DNA of 63,440 nt, the filler included, from Rhabdomonas costata (Eukaryota): the NCBI GenBank assembly GCA_019059605.1. It is 49 parts of 49 records of this genome, joined end to end, with 100 filler letters (N's around TTAATTAATTAA, not from the genome) between each part and the next. Parts side by side here need not be neighbours in the genome. Positions count along the whole stretch, not along the records: positions 37,610 to 38,805 come from JAHMHO010024030.1; positions 38,906 to 40,100 come from JAHMHO010024031.1; positions 40,201 to 41,396 come from JAHMHO010024032.1; positions 41,497 to 42,694 come from JAHMHO010024033.1; positions 42,795 to 43,991 come from JAHMHO010024034.1; positions 44,092 to 45,287 come from JAHMHO010024035.1; positions 45,388 to 46,583 come from JAHMHO010024036.1; positions 46,684 to 47,879 come from JAHMHO010024037.1; 41 more parts are not named here. One strand, written 5' to 3'. Shown here one piece after another: positions 38,600 to 50,772 of this stretch (its first letter is position 1; every line of letters begins with the position of its first letter). The notes under the pieces are model-generated. The model was not told where the DNA came from, searched no databases, and saw only the letters and a program-made list of their open reading frames with translations. A program made the position numbers and the translations under genes.

Positions 38600-38996
38600 C
38601 TTTGCGGCGGAAAGCGAATTACCAAAATCTAAGGGGAGCAGCACAGACTCTGCCTCAATTGTGATGTTGTGAAGTGTGAGGTAGGGAATGGGGCATTGGA
38701 CTTAGACTGATTCAAATCCCAACAGCCCCTCAAGCGTGTACCCATGGTGGCCATGGTGCTCAGTTCCAAGCTCCAGCTTCAACATCCGCCAACACACCCA
38801 ACTCANNNNNNNNNNNNNNNNNNNNNNNNNNNNNNNNNNNNNNNNNNNNTTAATTAATTAANNNNNNNNNNNNNNNNNNNNNNNNNNNNNNNNNNNNNNN
38901 NNNNNGGGGTGTTGGTGTGAGACGGCTCAACAATGGGGACAATTTCAGGGGGGACTGGGTGAGAGAAGAGGGAAGAATGGATAGAAGGGGAAGTAC

Positions 38997-39196
38997 CCTG
39001 GTCATTGGGCATCACGTTAAGACTCTCAATCTGGTCGAAGTTGAAGAGGCAGCCGATCCAGAACGTGGCCAGCACGCTGGCCAGTAGCTGTGCGGCGATG
39101 TAGCACAGCCCCTTCTTGATCGACGTCTTACGGGTGACCATCGTGGCGAAGGTCACGGCGGGGTTGAAGTGCGCCCCGCTGACGTCGGCGAAGGAG
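38997..39196 (-). CDS. Aquaporin/MIP family exon (first NPA, TM3)
   Basis: CAG|...|GTACTT exon: SFADVSGAHFNPAVTFATMVTRKTSIKKGLCYIAAQLLASVLATFWIG. Confidence 0.95.
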
Positions 39197-39506
39197 CTGT
39201 TTGGAGAGAATATGAGAAGAGTGAGCAGGTGTTGCAGGCCCCCCAAACGCGATGACTAAAATAGCCCCTGCCAAGATCCATGACACTCCCTAGCAGCATT
39301 TCGAGCCCAGAAGCACAGAGATAAGAAAAGGCGAACGTCAGTGTATTCTCGGTTGGAACGTGTGACTCACAATTACGTGGCACCGAGAAGAAGACCCAGA
39401 TTCCAGTTCACTTTGTCACACAGACGAGAGAGTCGCAAGCCATTAAATTCATAAAAACACAAATACACAAATGACGTCTGCACCACCGAGGGAAGGAGCA
39501 AGCAAC

Positions 39507-39647
39507 CTGACAAAGTTGGGTAACATAGTGGCATTGTTGTCGAATGTGAGGAAGGTGCCTGGGCCCACCCGGGTCAGCCCGTGGCTGTGGGAGAACAGGC
39601 TGTGCTGTGGCGCGCCAGAGGCGGCCCTCAGACTGAGGTTCCCATAC
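39507..39647 (-). CDS. Exon resembling an arylsulfotransferase (ASST)-like beta-propeller segment
   Basis: CAG|...|GTTGCT exon: RYGNLSLRAASGAPQHSLFSHSHGLTRVGPGTFLTFDNNATMLPNFVS. By eye it resembles R(W/Y)GN...LF..H......G..L.FDN of ASST-like proteins. Confidence 0.4.
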
Positions 39648-40692
39648 CTGAACACAGGGCGGCACAGGTCCACAAAGGTGAGAGCGCAGCAGTCAGCGTG
39701 GACGCGTTATCTGGTTCCTATAGGGGAAAGGGCACGACAAAACGTCACAGCCACTCTAGGGCGTCATCGGGCCAGCGCAACACATCTGCAGTGCCCAAAA
39801 TATCTTCTGGGTGCAGCAGCTGAATCAGGACGCTGGCATTCATGGCCTGCACTGGTCACACTCAGTGAGACGGTGACAGGTCAAAACAGCTAACTTCACT
39901 GTATTCTGATTATGGTGGCTAAATTTCTGTAAATTTCTGAATGAGCTTTTTCATATCTTTCGTAATCGTTATCTCCAATTGGGGGCTTCACACCCGCCAG
40001 TGAGCCAGTTGCACACCGTGTTTTCTGCTGCCACTCGGGCACAACTGTTGGCAAGCGTTGGGCGCTGGCTGTTGCCTGGGTTTGACTGGTTGCTCCCAAC
40101 NNNNNNNNNNNNNNNNNNNNNNNNNNNNNNNNNNNNNNNNNNNNTTAATTAATTAANNNNNNNNNNNNNNNNNNNNNNNNNNNNNNNNNNNNNNNNNNNN
40201 GTTTGCTTTGTGCGTCGGCTTTGGAGTGACATCGTTTGTTCACGGTGATGCAGCCGTTTCGGTGATGTGTAAGTGTTTACGTAGGGTTATGCAGGCACGA
40301 TAATTTTGGGTAGATGTCCTCGGTTCAGGATTTCAAGGCATGATGGACGGTTGCTGCGAGCATCGCTACACCACAGAGAAACACCCATATCTCGAACCAC
40401 TGCCTCTCTTAGCTTTTCTTCCTACAATGTGGGCTGCGCATTTGGACCTACAGGGCGAAGTGAGCATGAACAGATGCCTGTTTGTGTTTTCAAGAGGACA
40501 CAACTCGCCCCCTCTTCTTTGTTCTTCTCGCGTGCGCAATGCGATGTGCGCAGTGATTGTTCAACGCGCCTTGTTTGTGTGGTGCATAATTGTGCGTGTG
40601 GTGTGCATTCTTTAAATTGGAAAGGGCCGCACCGCAGCGTGGTTCTTTCTGTGCATCAACCGTTGCTATTGCCCAAATGCCTTGTCTCACAG

Positions 40693-40921
40693 GTTGACCG
40701 CATTCTTGGTCTAGTGGCGGCGGAGTTTCCTGTGCGGCACCTGAACCTCGTGGAGAAACTTCTGGCCGAGGTGCGGTCAATGCATTCTTACGGCCTGAAA
40801 GCCGCCGTGCTGGACCACCGCCGCCGCACAGAGCCTGAGCTGCAGCGGCAGCTCCAGCCCCTGGGGCTACCCCCTCCACAGCCCCTCGTCCCACCCTTCC
40901 AGTGGGCCACCGAGGAGTCAG
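40693..40921 (+). CDS. Exon, possibly axonemal dynein heavy chain N-terminal region
   Basis: Clean CAG|...|GTGAGC exon: VDRILGLVAAEFPVRHLNLVEKLLAEVRSMHSYGLKAAVLDHRRR... Coding status is likely. The family guess rests only on a weak LL.E+...Y..K.A++D resemblance. Confidence 0.3.
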
Positions 40922-43900
40922 GTGAGCTGCCCCGGGAAGTTTTGTGTATCGGCGTTTGTGCTACAAAACTGCATGCATGATTAGCCCTTGCAATTGACTT
41001 TCGTCCTTTTCAGAAGGAAGAACCACTGGATTTTGTGCAATGTAAGGCCATATGACATGGCGGATAGCCTCTCTGATGATCTTATGTGTGTGTATTGCCG
41101 GATTTTGACATATTTGAATGGTTGTTGTAGTGAGGTGATGATGATTTGATATGCCCGCAGCGAAAAGTGAGCGTTCCGATTTTCAACCTGCCCCATTTGA
41201 GACCCGCGCTGTTTACTGCTCATTTCGATAGCTCGATGGATTTTCACCGTTAGGTTCTGTTGATTGCATTCTGTATCAAGACGAAATTAGAGATATACAG
41301 ACCTCCCAAAATGCAGTCGCCTCATCCTCAGCTAACTGGGTTTTCCCTTTGCGTGACACAGAACTCGTCCCCACCCCCACCCCAACACACCCAACANNNN
41401 NNNNNNNNNNNNNNNNNNNNNNNNNNNNNNNNNNNNNNNNTTAATTAATTAANNNNNNNNNNNNNNNNNNNNNNNNNNNNNNNNNNNNNNNNNNNNTTGT
41501 TTTGGTTCGTTGCGGACGAGGCACTTTTTTTTTTAACTAAAACGGGCAAGTCTGTAGAACTGCCGGGTGCCGTGGGAAGCCCAGGATAGAGTGGTTTTGA
41601 TATAGCCACCGCAAGTAACGAGATGGGCAGGTGTCCCCTTTCAAGCAATACCCTGTGCGACAGTTAACACAAAAAGGGCGGCATTTCCCGTGTTCAAAAT
41701 TTGAGACAAAAACATGAAAAATGGAGTTGTGGGAGATAACCCGGTAGTCGCGGAATGCTGGACAGTTTTACTGTTTCAGCTTTACGCCGCCGCCACATCC
41801 CCCACATCCTCTTTCATGAGAAAGGTCTTTCCAACGGGGGTTACGGTCCCTTTCCACCCAGGTGGCCAAATCTGCCCCGATTGGGTTTTTCGGGAACCAG
41901 TTTTGGAGCCAGGGTTTCGGTTGCAGGAGAAACCAGCGTTGATTTCAAACGGCACCCTACCACCACAAAAAAAAAGAAGTGTCTAGTGAGTGGTTTGCTC
42001 TCTTGGTGTCACGTTGTTACTCGTTGCCCTAAAAGGGGAGGTTCCCTATCTTACACATTTCCTCCGGCTGCCAGCTGATTTCTCTCCAATGTGACTCGAG
42101 TCAGCTCCTCCCACAGCACTCCCCACAAGGGCCTCGGTAGAATTTGTGTGGTCGACCCACTGTCCACTCAAATTAAGAACACTCAGCTGAATGCAACACA
42201 GAACACTCAGTGCCTACAACAAAAAGCAGACAGTGTGTGCGTGGGTTGGGAGGCACACCTGAGAGCTTGGGAGCTCAGCATTCCGGGTGGTGCAATCGGA
42301 GGAGGCGCACTGACGATCTTCGGGCTCAGATGGGGATGGGGGATTGGGACTTCTATTATGATAAACTATTACTATTACGACTACTATTCGTTCCAGCCGT
42401 TTGTTGTTGCTCACAGAAAATGCGTGTATTTCCGGTGTTTGACTCTCCAACCCGCCAGCCCTCTCCCACGCCTGTCACCCCACCACGGTCTCTCTTAACA
42501 CCCAATGAAACATACGCAAACGCGAACAAACAGATACAACTATCCCCAAGACAACGAAGAAACAAAAACAAATGCTGCGCCAAGAGATAGCGAGAGAGAC
42601 CCGGCGCCATGGATCGCATGCCTGAGCAGCATTCCGAGGTACTGCACTCCGCCGACTTGCACTCCGTCACACCCACCTCGGGAAAGGAGCCCTGNNNNNN
42701 NNNNNNNNNNNNNNNNNNNNNNNNNNNNNNNNNNNNNNTTAATTAATTAANNNNNNNNNNNNNNNNNNNNNNNNNNNNNNNNNNNNNNNNNNNNTGTTGT
42801 GGTTTCAATAGAAAAACAGCATCATTGGAAGGTGCAGATAGAAAAAAGAGTGTGCGGAGAGCTGGCCCTCTCACCTTTTCTGGCTTTGTTTCCCCTCCCA
42901 TTCACCTTTTTTCTATCTGCACCTTCCAATGATGCTGTTTTTCTATTGAAACCAGACTTTGCGTGTGATCTGACGTTTTCTTTTGCGTTCCATGGCTTTC
43001 ACTGCGGTGATTATTGATGCTTGGGGGCTGCCTTTTTGACTGCTCGGATTCTTTGTTCCTTTGGTGGTGGTGTGTGGCGTTGGCTCGACGTAGTTTGGGC
43101 TCTCAGCTACGCGAGGTGCTCGCTGTTGCCTTTGGAACGCTGCCACTTGGTCTTTGACGCACGCTTTGCAATGCTTTTGCGTTCCGTGTTTGATGAACAA
43201 AGCAATCGATGGTTAACAACACTGGTGTCAAGAGACTTACACGCAAAAGTATTTCACGCAAAAGGAAATGAAGGGCCCCCGTCATCAAGTTTGGCTGAGA
43301 TCAAAGAAGAGAGTCACTGGAGTTTAACGAGCGAATGGCTGGGATCTTAAACTGGTTTGAATTGGAGGGGGCACTCACATAGCATGCACAACGTACACTC
43401 CCGACTTATTTAGTCATCTTCTTTCTTGTTCCCTTCGAAATCTGGTGCACGGCTTTTTTGCACGAGTGGATTCAGTGGAGACGTAGACATAAAGAGCCGA
43501 GCATTTCAGCCCATTAACAAAGTGAGAAAGCTCCAGGAGAACGATTTTTTTTGCAGAAAACCGGGGTTTTGGTTCTCCAATTCGGCGTAGCGAGACACAT
43601 CATGCGTCGCAAATCTCACTCATGTCAGCGATATGCAGTTTCTTTCAGATGAGCATACCTGGCCTTGGGTTAGGGGTTGGCCCCACTTAGGCGCCCACCC
43701 CGTTAACTATGCGGGTGGACTAGATCTGACCAGAGACTTAATATTGATGTCATGACTCGAGCAAGAGTGATCGGTTGGTCCCATATTTGAGCTCCACCCT
43801 CCTCCACACCGATGAACCTGCAGGGACTGGAAAAGTAATCATTGTTGTTGAACACACGTAAGGTAGTGGAGGGCTAAGCCGAAGCAGGCCTGGGGTCTTT

Positions 43901-44533
43901 TGTATATACAGCAGGCCTCCCGAAACGCTGCGTGGCCGGTCCTTGGGGTCAGGAGAGTCCCGACCTTTCACCCTCGGCCGGTGACGGTGCCNNNNNNNNN
44001 NNNNNNNNNNNNNNNNNNNNNNNNNNNNNNNNNNNTTAATTAATTAANNNNNNNNNNNNNNNNNNNNNNNNNNNNNNNNNNNNNNNNNNNNAGACGTCCC
44101 CTTTTGCTCTTTGTCACGGGTCAGACGAAAGAGACTCAGAGAAAGAAGATGTCCTCGCTCAGTTGTTGCCAACTCTGCTCTCTGCTGCAGTGCTGTGGTG
44201 AAAACAATCCTAATCGGTGTGAAGCGGTGGAAGTGGAGGAGTGCCTAGCACTAGTAGAACCTTGTTCGTTCAAATAAAACTGTGTGCATATAAATCGCTC
44301 TTCCCACTTTCCGACCACATATACACTGCCGCGCAGAGCACTCAGGAACTTATACCGTCCTAGCCCCCCCCCCCTGCAATATGCGACCTGTATTGCGGGG
44401 AAGCGTGTTCCACCTTCGAAACAGATCTTATCCATATTAAACTTGGACGAGAACAAATCGTGCCAGACCTGCCACACCCCAAGTAATTGGAGAGCGTGCG
44501 TCGCTCTAAAAACCTCTAAAAACCGGTGCGCAC

Positions 44534-45138
44534 CTGGACATGGATTGAAAGGGTGTCCGCGGGGTGGCAGCCCCACCCTCAGGATGCTGGGGAGATTCTC
44601 CACAGGGGTGCCGTGGAATCCTGGCCTGACCACAGCACTTCCGCACTCGGCTTCAAGCGCTGCCCTCTTGAGCTCAAACCTTGGAGAGAAAAAACGAATT
44701 GAACCACACCTTCACAAAATACGTGCATCGATTCAGCCACGGACACAGCTTATCCAGACAACACAAAAAGAACCACCCCACTGAATCCATATAGGCACAT
44801 TTTTCGAAGCGTTTTTCTACTGACCTGAAACAAAAAACGGAATTACAACCAACCTCATACACGAAAAGAAGCAGTAGGCGTCTCCCGTATTTTTCAGCCT
44901 ATCTTTTCTACTTACTCTTTGTGTAACTGGAAGTGCGGAACAACTGGAACCTCTTCCTCAGGATGGCGTTCTCCACGCGATGCACAGCAATCACGTCAAA
45001 CGTGATGGGACGGCGGCCTTCCCGCGTCGGGCGAAGAACGTAATCCTCGCTCGCCAGCTGCTGGTTCGCCCGAAACACGTCCACTGCCCGCTGAAACTCT
45101 TCACTTCCAGGAGCCACGGAGCTTCGCACAAACACGGC
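44534..45138 (-). CDS. PARP-like ADP-ribosyltransferase catalytic domain, partial (2 exons)
   Basis: Exons 45138-44951 and 44679-44534 give ...GSEEFQRAVDVF...FDVIAVHRVENAILRKR|FELKRAALEAECGSAVVRPGFHGTPVENLPSILRVGLPPRGHPFNPCP, with S.EF..V...F, +.RV.N..L..RF and FHGT...N+.SI...GL motifs. Confidence 0.8.
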
Positions 45139-48100
45139 CTTGTCAAGGGAAGTAGCCAACGATAGGTGCTGTCGCAAACGCGGGCGAATAACGTAGACTC
45201 GCCACGTGGACAAGATTAACATACAATTGCCAAACCAAGTCCAAACGATCCGTTTCAGGAAGAGAAAAATCAAAATGCAGGGAAATANNNNNNNNNNNNN
45301 NNNNNNNNNNNNNNNNNNNNNNNNNNNNNNNTTAATTAATTAANNNNNNNNNNNNNNNNNNNNNNNNNNNNNNNNNNNNNNNNNNNNGGTCGTACAAATT
45401 TCCGCTTATCCCCCGTCCCCCGTTCGGTGGCCTTCACCTGTAGGAACCTGCTCGGATGACGGTTCCCTAGTTTTGGTGTTTTGAAGTAGTTTTGGTTGGT
45501 GGCTGGTACAAGGGGCACCCCTGGTTTACCCGGGGTACCCGTTTAAAGCAAAAAAAAATAGGTAGCCCATTTTTAAACACTCGGGATCTTGGCCCGCACT
45601 TGTACCGTATATCCTCCACACCAATACTTCACAATATCCCCAGCTGCCATCGCTGAAGTCCATGCCTCTTCGGGAACGGAAGTCGTCTGTGAACTTCGCC
45701 TTCTCTGAGTTCAGCGGAAGGCGGGGGGCGAGCGGATTCCTGTACCATACTCTATGGAGGAGGGAGGCACACGGCCCGAAGAGCGTCATAATGTCTTCCG
45801 ACTTTGTCTGTGGCATTGGGTCCTTCGGTATGGCCATCATGCATCGTACTTGCTGTGTGTGTGGCGGGGGAAGGTATACCACGCCGAGGTGGACTACCTG
45901 GAGTCGCTGTGTGACGACCGGAAGTTCCGGCGGTATATGCACACCACGTACGACGAGAGGGAGCTGCTGCAGTACCTCCGCCGCACGGTTGCCCAGCGCA
46001 GGCTTTCTCAGAGGTACCGCTTGGATTCTTGGAGGGGAGAGAGAGGCCCTTGGCAAAGAGTGCGCTTCCTCACGTCCTCGTGAGCATTTCCTGTTAAAAT
46101 GAGGAAACCACACAAAAGCTATGCAAACTAATTTAATGGTAGGCTTGCATTAGATGAATGCAAAATTGGAGAGAGTGAGCCGACCACTTTTCGAATCATT
46201 TTTTTGTAGAAATCTGCTACAAATCCAATTTCCACCGCCCCCCCTCCAAAAAAATGGTACCAAGACCAAGCGGCGTCAGCGGACAAAAGAGATTTCGGGA
46301 AGTTTTTGTCTCCTTTCTGTGAAAGGCGGCGATGGCTCTTTCTTCTTGGAATTTTAGCCCGTCTAAAACGAATTAAATTACCGGGACAGTGCCCCCCCCA
46401 ATAACCTCACCAAAGAAAAAAGTGCCTCGATTTATATAACAGAATCCGCAGCTTCCGCTTTTCCGACTATCCTCCGCATGCGAAAAAAAAATGCCGAAAA
46501 ATGCGAGAAAAAAATGCAAAAGAATATGATAAAATAGAAAAATACGGAAAAAGTACGAATGAATTTCGGGAAAAAAAACAAAANNNNNNNNNNNNNNNNN
46601 NNNNNNNNNNNNNNNNNNNNNNNNNNNTTAATTAATTAANNNNNNNNNNNNNNNNNNNNNNNNNNNNNNNNNNNNNNNNNNNNTGTTGGGGGGGGGGCGG
46701 GCATAAATGCACGTATGCCTTCACCGCAGAAAAAATAATGTGGTGTGGCAACACAACTAAGCCTAACCACAATGAGGCATGCCCCTTTCTAAATCCAAAT
46801 TCAGTCAACGTCTCCATATCCGGAGTCCACAATAGAGGCTCCTGGCTTGGTGCGTGTCTGTGTGGTGTCAGCAGGCACGGTTCACCAGTGCACGGGCAGA
46901 CCGTAGCAAGGGGGTCACCAAGGGGCGTTGCAAAAAGCTGTAAAAAGCAGAAATCAATCCTTTTGCAGGAGTGAGGGGAAGAGAAGTGAGGAACAAAACT
47001 ATAAAACGAAAGTATTTGATATATTATGTGAACGAAGAGGATCATAAGTCTACAAGAGGGTCATCAGAACCCCTTGTGACTTCAGAGAGGAGCGCGGAAG
47101 AAGAACAACAAAAAACACTGCCCCTGGATATGAAGGCACCCACCATCAGATCTACAGACGATGGGAAAACGGAAGAATGGCGGCAATACCGCAACAGCTC
47201 TCCCGATACCACCCAATACATATGCCGCACACCGGAAGGAGGGCGTTTTCACCCAAAGGGCTGGGGTCTCTGAGCCTTTAGGGGTGGCAAGGGCTGCAGC
47301 ATCTTCATTGGGAACGGGGAGTCACCACTCCGTCCCAAAATTCTTGCATCTGCAGCACGCACCAACAATTACACATTCCAAAAATCCAAAGGCCATCGCA
47401 CTGCTGCTGGACAGCAGCAAACAGCATATGTCAGAACGAAACGAGAAAAACCTATGCCGCGCAGAGTGCTTGGCAAAGAGAAACCACAGAACTTCGGCTA
47501 TCGCGCGGATCATGGGGGACACACGGCTCCACCATGGGGGAGGCATGGGGCCACCGCACGACAACGGCTCCCGGGCACATACACTACAGAACTTGGGAAC
47601 GGAACAAATGTACAAAAAAAGGAGCACCGCATCTATTGCCACGATGCAAAAGAAAAAACCCGCAGCTGAAACCCCTCCCCCCACACAAATACAAATCCCG
47701 ACCCACGAGGAAGAGAACTTCTCAACGAGCGTGAAGCCCAAAAGACGGTGCCACTTCGGCAACGTGCTCTCCACATACTCGCGATAAATTTGTATAACAC
47801 CTCTTGCACTAAAAAAGCAAGCTGATCAAAGATATGCGCTGGGTAAACGATACCCGCTAGGCCAAACCCAACCAACACANNNNNNNNNNNNNNNNNNNNN
47901 NNNNNNNNNNNNNNNNNNNNNNNTTAATTAATTAANNNNNNNNNNNNNNNNNNNNNNNNNNNNNNNNNNNNNNNNNNNNTTTGCAGGCGTCTCGAAGAGT
48001 TACTCACACATTTGTTTGCTTGCTACGCCCCCTCTCCCGCTTTCCCACCGCCGTTTGCTTAAGCAGCGAATAGTCAGGTACGGAACGGCGGATTTCCTTT

Positions 48101-48433
48101 TTGTGTATGTTTTGAAGAGAGCGATGCTGAGTCTCCACGGGGAGCGTTGCGTACAGGGCACAATTACGTTTCAGAGCAGAGAAAACGTGTGCCCATAATG
48201 CGTATTGTCTGAGCGGTGCTGTGCAAGTCCCGTTTGGACGTTTCAGTTTGCACCTTTTTGAATTTTGTGAATCACACCTGGGCGTACTTATGGGGTGAGT
48301 GGCCGTCCTTATACGTTTCTGTGAAGCCAATCTTGAGTTTCACTGCTCGTAGCACCTTCAGGACGGTAAGCGGTGGTTGTTTTTTTAGAGGGGTTCGCTT
48401 TGTTTTTTGACTTGGAGTTTTTGTGCTGCACAG

Positions 48434-48535
48434 GGGCGAACGTGAATCAGGCCGAGACACAGCTTGGCATGAGCCCGCTGTACATCGCCGCCTGCTATGA
48501 TAAATTGCACGTTGCGCTTCTGCTTCTGGAGAACG
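48434..48535 (+). CDS. Ankyrin repeat exon
   Basis: Phase-1 exon of 34 codons: GANVNQAETQLGMSPLYIAACYDKLHVALLLLEN(G). Confidence 0.88.
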
Positions 48536-48894
48536 GTACCTCCTTCGCGTGAGTGATAGGGCTGCGTGGTGCCTATGTGTAGCTGGCTCAAATGTTCGTT
48601 TTGCCTCTCTTTGAGCCCTTTCCGCGTTTCGCCCATCGCGCAATTCGGCAGCTGCAGAGGGGGTGGTAAGCCTCCGTGTTCCCGCGTTGAGGTGGGCCCG
48701 CTTCGCTGGCGGGGACCTTGGAGATAGGCTGCGTGTGTTCTGCGGTGTTCTTTGGGTTCGGCTTTGGTTTCGCGTTTCTTTCAGCGCATGGGCTGTGCTG
48801 TGCTGTGCTGTGCTCTTGGGCCATTTTTCGCGCTTTTGGGTATGCCTTTTCGCTGTGCGGCGGCGTTGCCCGTGTCGGGTTTGCTTATCTTTTC

Positions 48895-49167
48895 GTATAA
48901 CCGCACTACCTTTTCCCCCAAATGCTCTTCGGATGCTTTTATTCATGCCATTTCCTCTGTTTTGTTGAAGAGTGCCTTTCCCTGTTGTTTGTCAATGCGC
49001 AGTGGCCTTCATGCCCATCCAGTGTGGATGTGTGGTGGATGACACTTTGTGTTTTGGCCTTTCCGCAAAGAAACACCCTGGGTAAGGCACTCTTCAACAA
49101 AACAGAGGAAATGGCATGAATAAAAGCATCCGAAGAGCATTTGGGGGAAAAGGTAGTGCGGTTATAC
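48895..49167. repeat. Perfect 84-bp inverted repeat at contig end (likely fold-back artefact)
   Basis: 48895-48978 is the reverse complement of 49084-49167, with a 105-nt loop. Confidence 0.9.
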
Positions 49168-50772
49168 CAAAACAANNNNNNNNNNNNNNNNNNNNNNNNN
49201 NNNNNNNNNNNNNNNNNNNTTAATTAATTAANNNNNNNNNNNNNNNNNNNNNNNNNNNNNNNNNNNNNNNNNNNNCTCGGTGGTTCCCAGTGGACATCCC
49301 CTGAACAGGAAGGGTGGGGGGTGCCCGGGGGTTTTCTGTGTGTGTAGCGGGCAGTTGCGCGCGGCGTTTCTTGAGGTGCCCTCTCTCTGCGCTTCCATTG
49401 TAGTTTTTCTTTCATTTGCCCCCCCCCACTCATTTCCCCGCCGCCCGCTGCCCCTGCCTGACCCTCCTGCTTGTCTGACGTGTGACTAATGTAGCTTCCT
49501 CGATGTAGTTCACCAGTTTTTATTCTTTTCTTTTCTTTTCATGGTTTTCCTTTTGCTGCTCTGGGCCTGCCTCTGCACGCGTTGAAGCTCCCTTGCTCGG
49601 AAGCTCCAGAGTGTTTCCTTTTTCTCCGGGCCTTGCTTTCTCTTCGGTTCTGCCTCTCACGCCGGTATTGCTGCGACCGTCGGTCACCAAGCCAGCCTTT
49701 GCACTCGAAGGTTGTGTTCCACCATCCTCCCTGCGGCGCCCCCCTCCTCTCCCTCTTCGCTCTCTCTGTGTCGATGTGCTGTACCTGCAGACCGCTTTTC
49801 TCTCTCAGTGGTTTCAGGATTTTACCATCTGTCACTGAGCCTTAGTCCCTGCCTGAAGTTTCCAGACCCACCCTGCAAACTCCCGGCAGCGGGAATGGCA
49901 ATGCCTTCCGATTTTGATAGAAGCCCGCTCTGCGGGCTACCTGTCCCGTTGTTTCCCTTTTAGGGTGCTTTAGGTGGCTGGGGCGTGAATGTGGTGGCGA
50001 GGGGTGAGGAGTGAATACAAGCTTCGCTTTGCACCTCACGTAGTGAGGCGGCATCACTGTACATTTCTTCCCGCACTCTCCTCACGGAATGACAGTTCAC
50101 CATCATACGATGTTGCTGTTTGTCGTCTTTACCTGTGGGCTGCACTTCCGTCGCGTCCCATTACCGTTTATGACCAGGTTTCGTCGGAAAATATTCCAAT
50201 TTAGTGCATTCATTAATTATGGGAATTTTCCGACAGCAAGGCATTTCAAGAGATCAGGCATAAGATTCTGCTCTTGCCTGATTTCCAGTGTTTCACAATG
50301 CTGCGATGGGCTCGGCTGAGAAGGTTCAAACGCACTGTAGCCCCTTTTTATGATTTGCCACGGATCAATGTTGGAAACAATAACGATCATGTTGTGGAAC
50401 AAGGCACAAGCGGAAAGCTGTTGCTCTCACCAACCTAACGCTGTGTCCTTTGGACGAACCGGCGGGAGGGGNNNNNNNNNNNNNNNNNNNNNNNNNNNNN
50501 NNNNNNNNNNNNNNNTTAATTAATTAANNNNNNNNNNNNNNNNNNNNNNNNNNNNNNNNNNNNNNNNNNNNCGATTGAATGGTTCTCGCCATGCACCTTA
50601 TGTGTTGTAGTGAGTGATCAACTGCGGAATCGCGGGCTTTGTTGGAAGGGCTCTTGGTCGTCGGGTTGCATCAGGCCACAAGTCAAAACGTTTCCGTAAG
50701 GACTTATCCATCCGCTTTGTGTCGTGGAGCTGAATCTTCTGGTTCCAACGGTACTTGTTGCCGTGTTTGCAG

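Noticed and set aside
36883..45138. TARG1 eraser and PARP-like writer close together, like a toxin-antitoxin or ADP-ribosylation module
   Set aside because: They lie on different contigs ordered by size, so their proximity is arbitrary.
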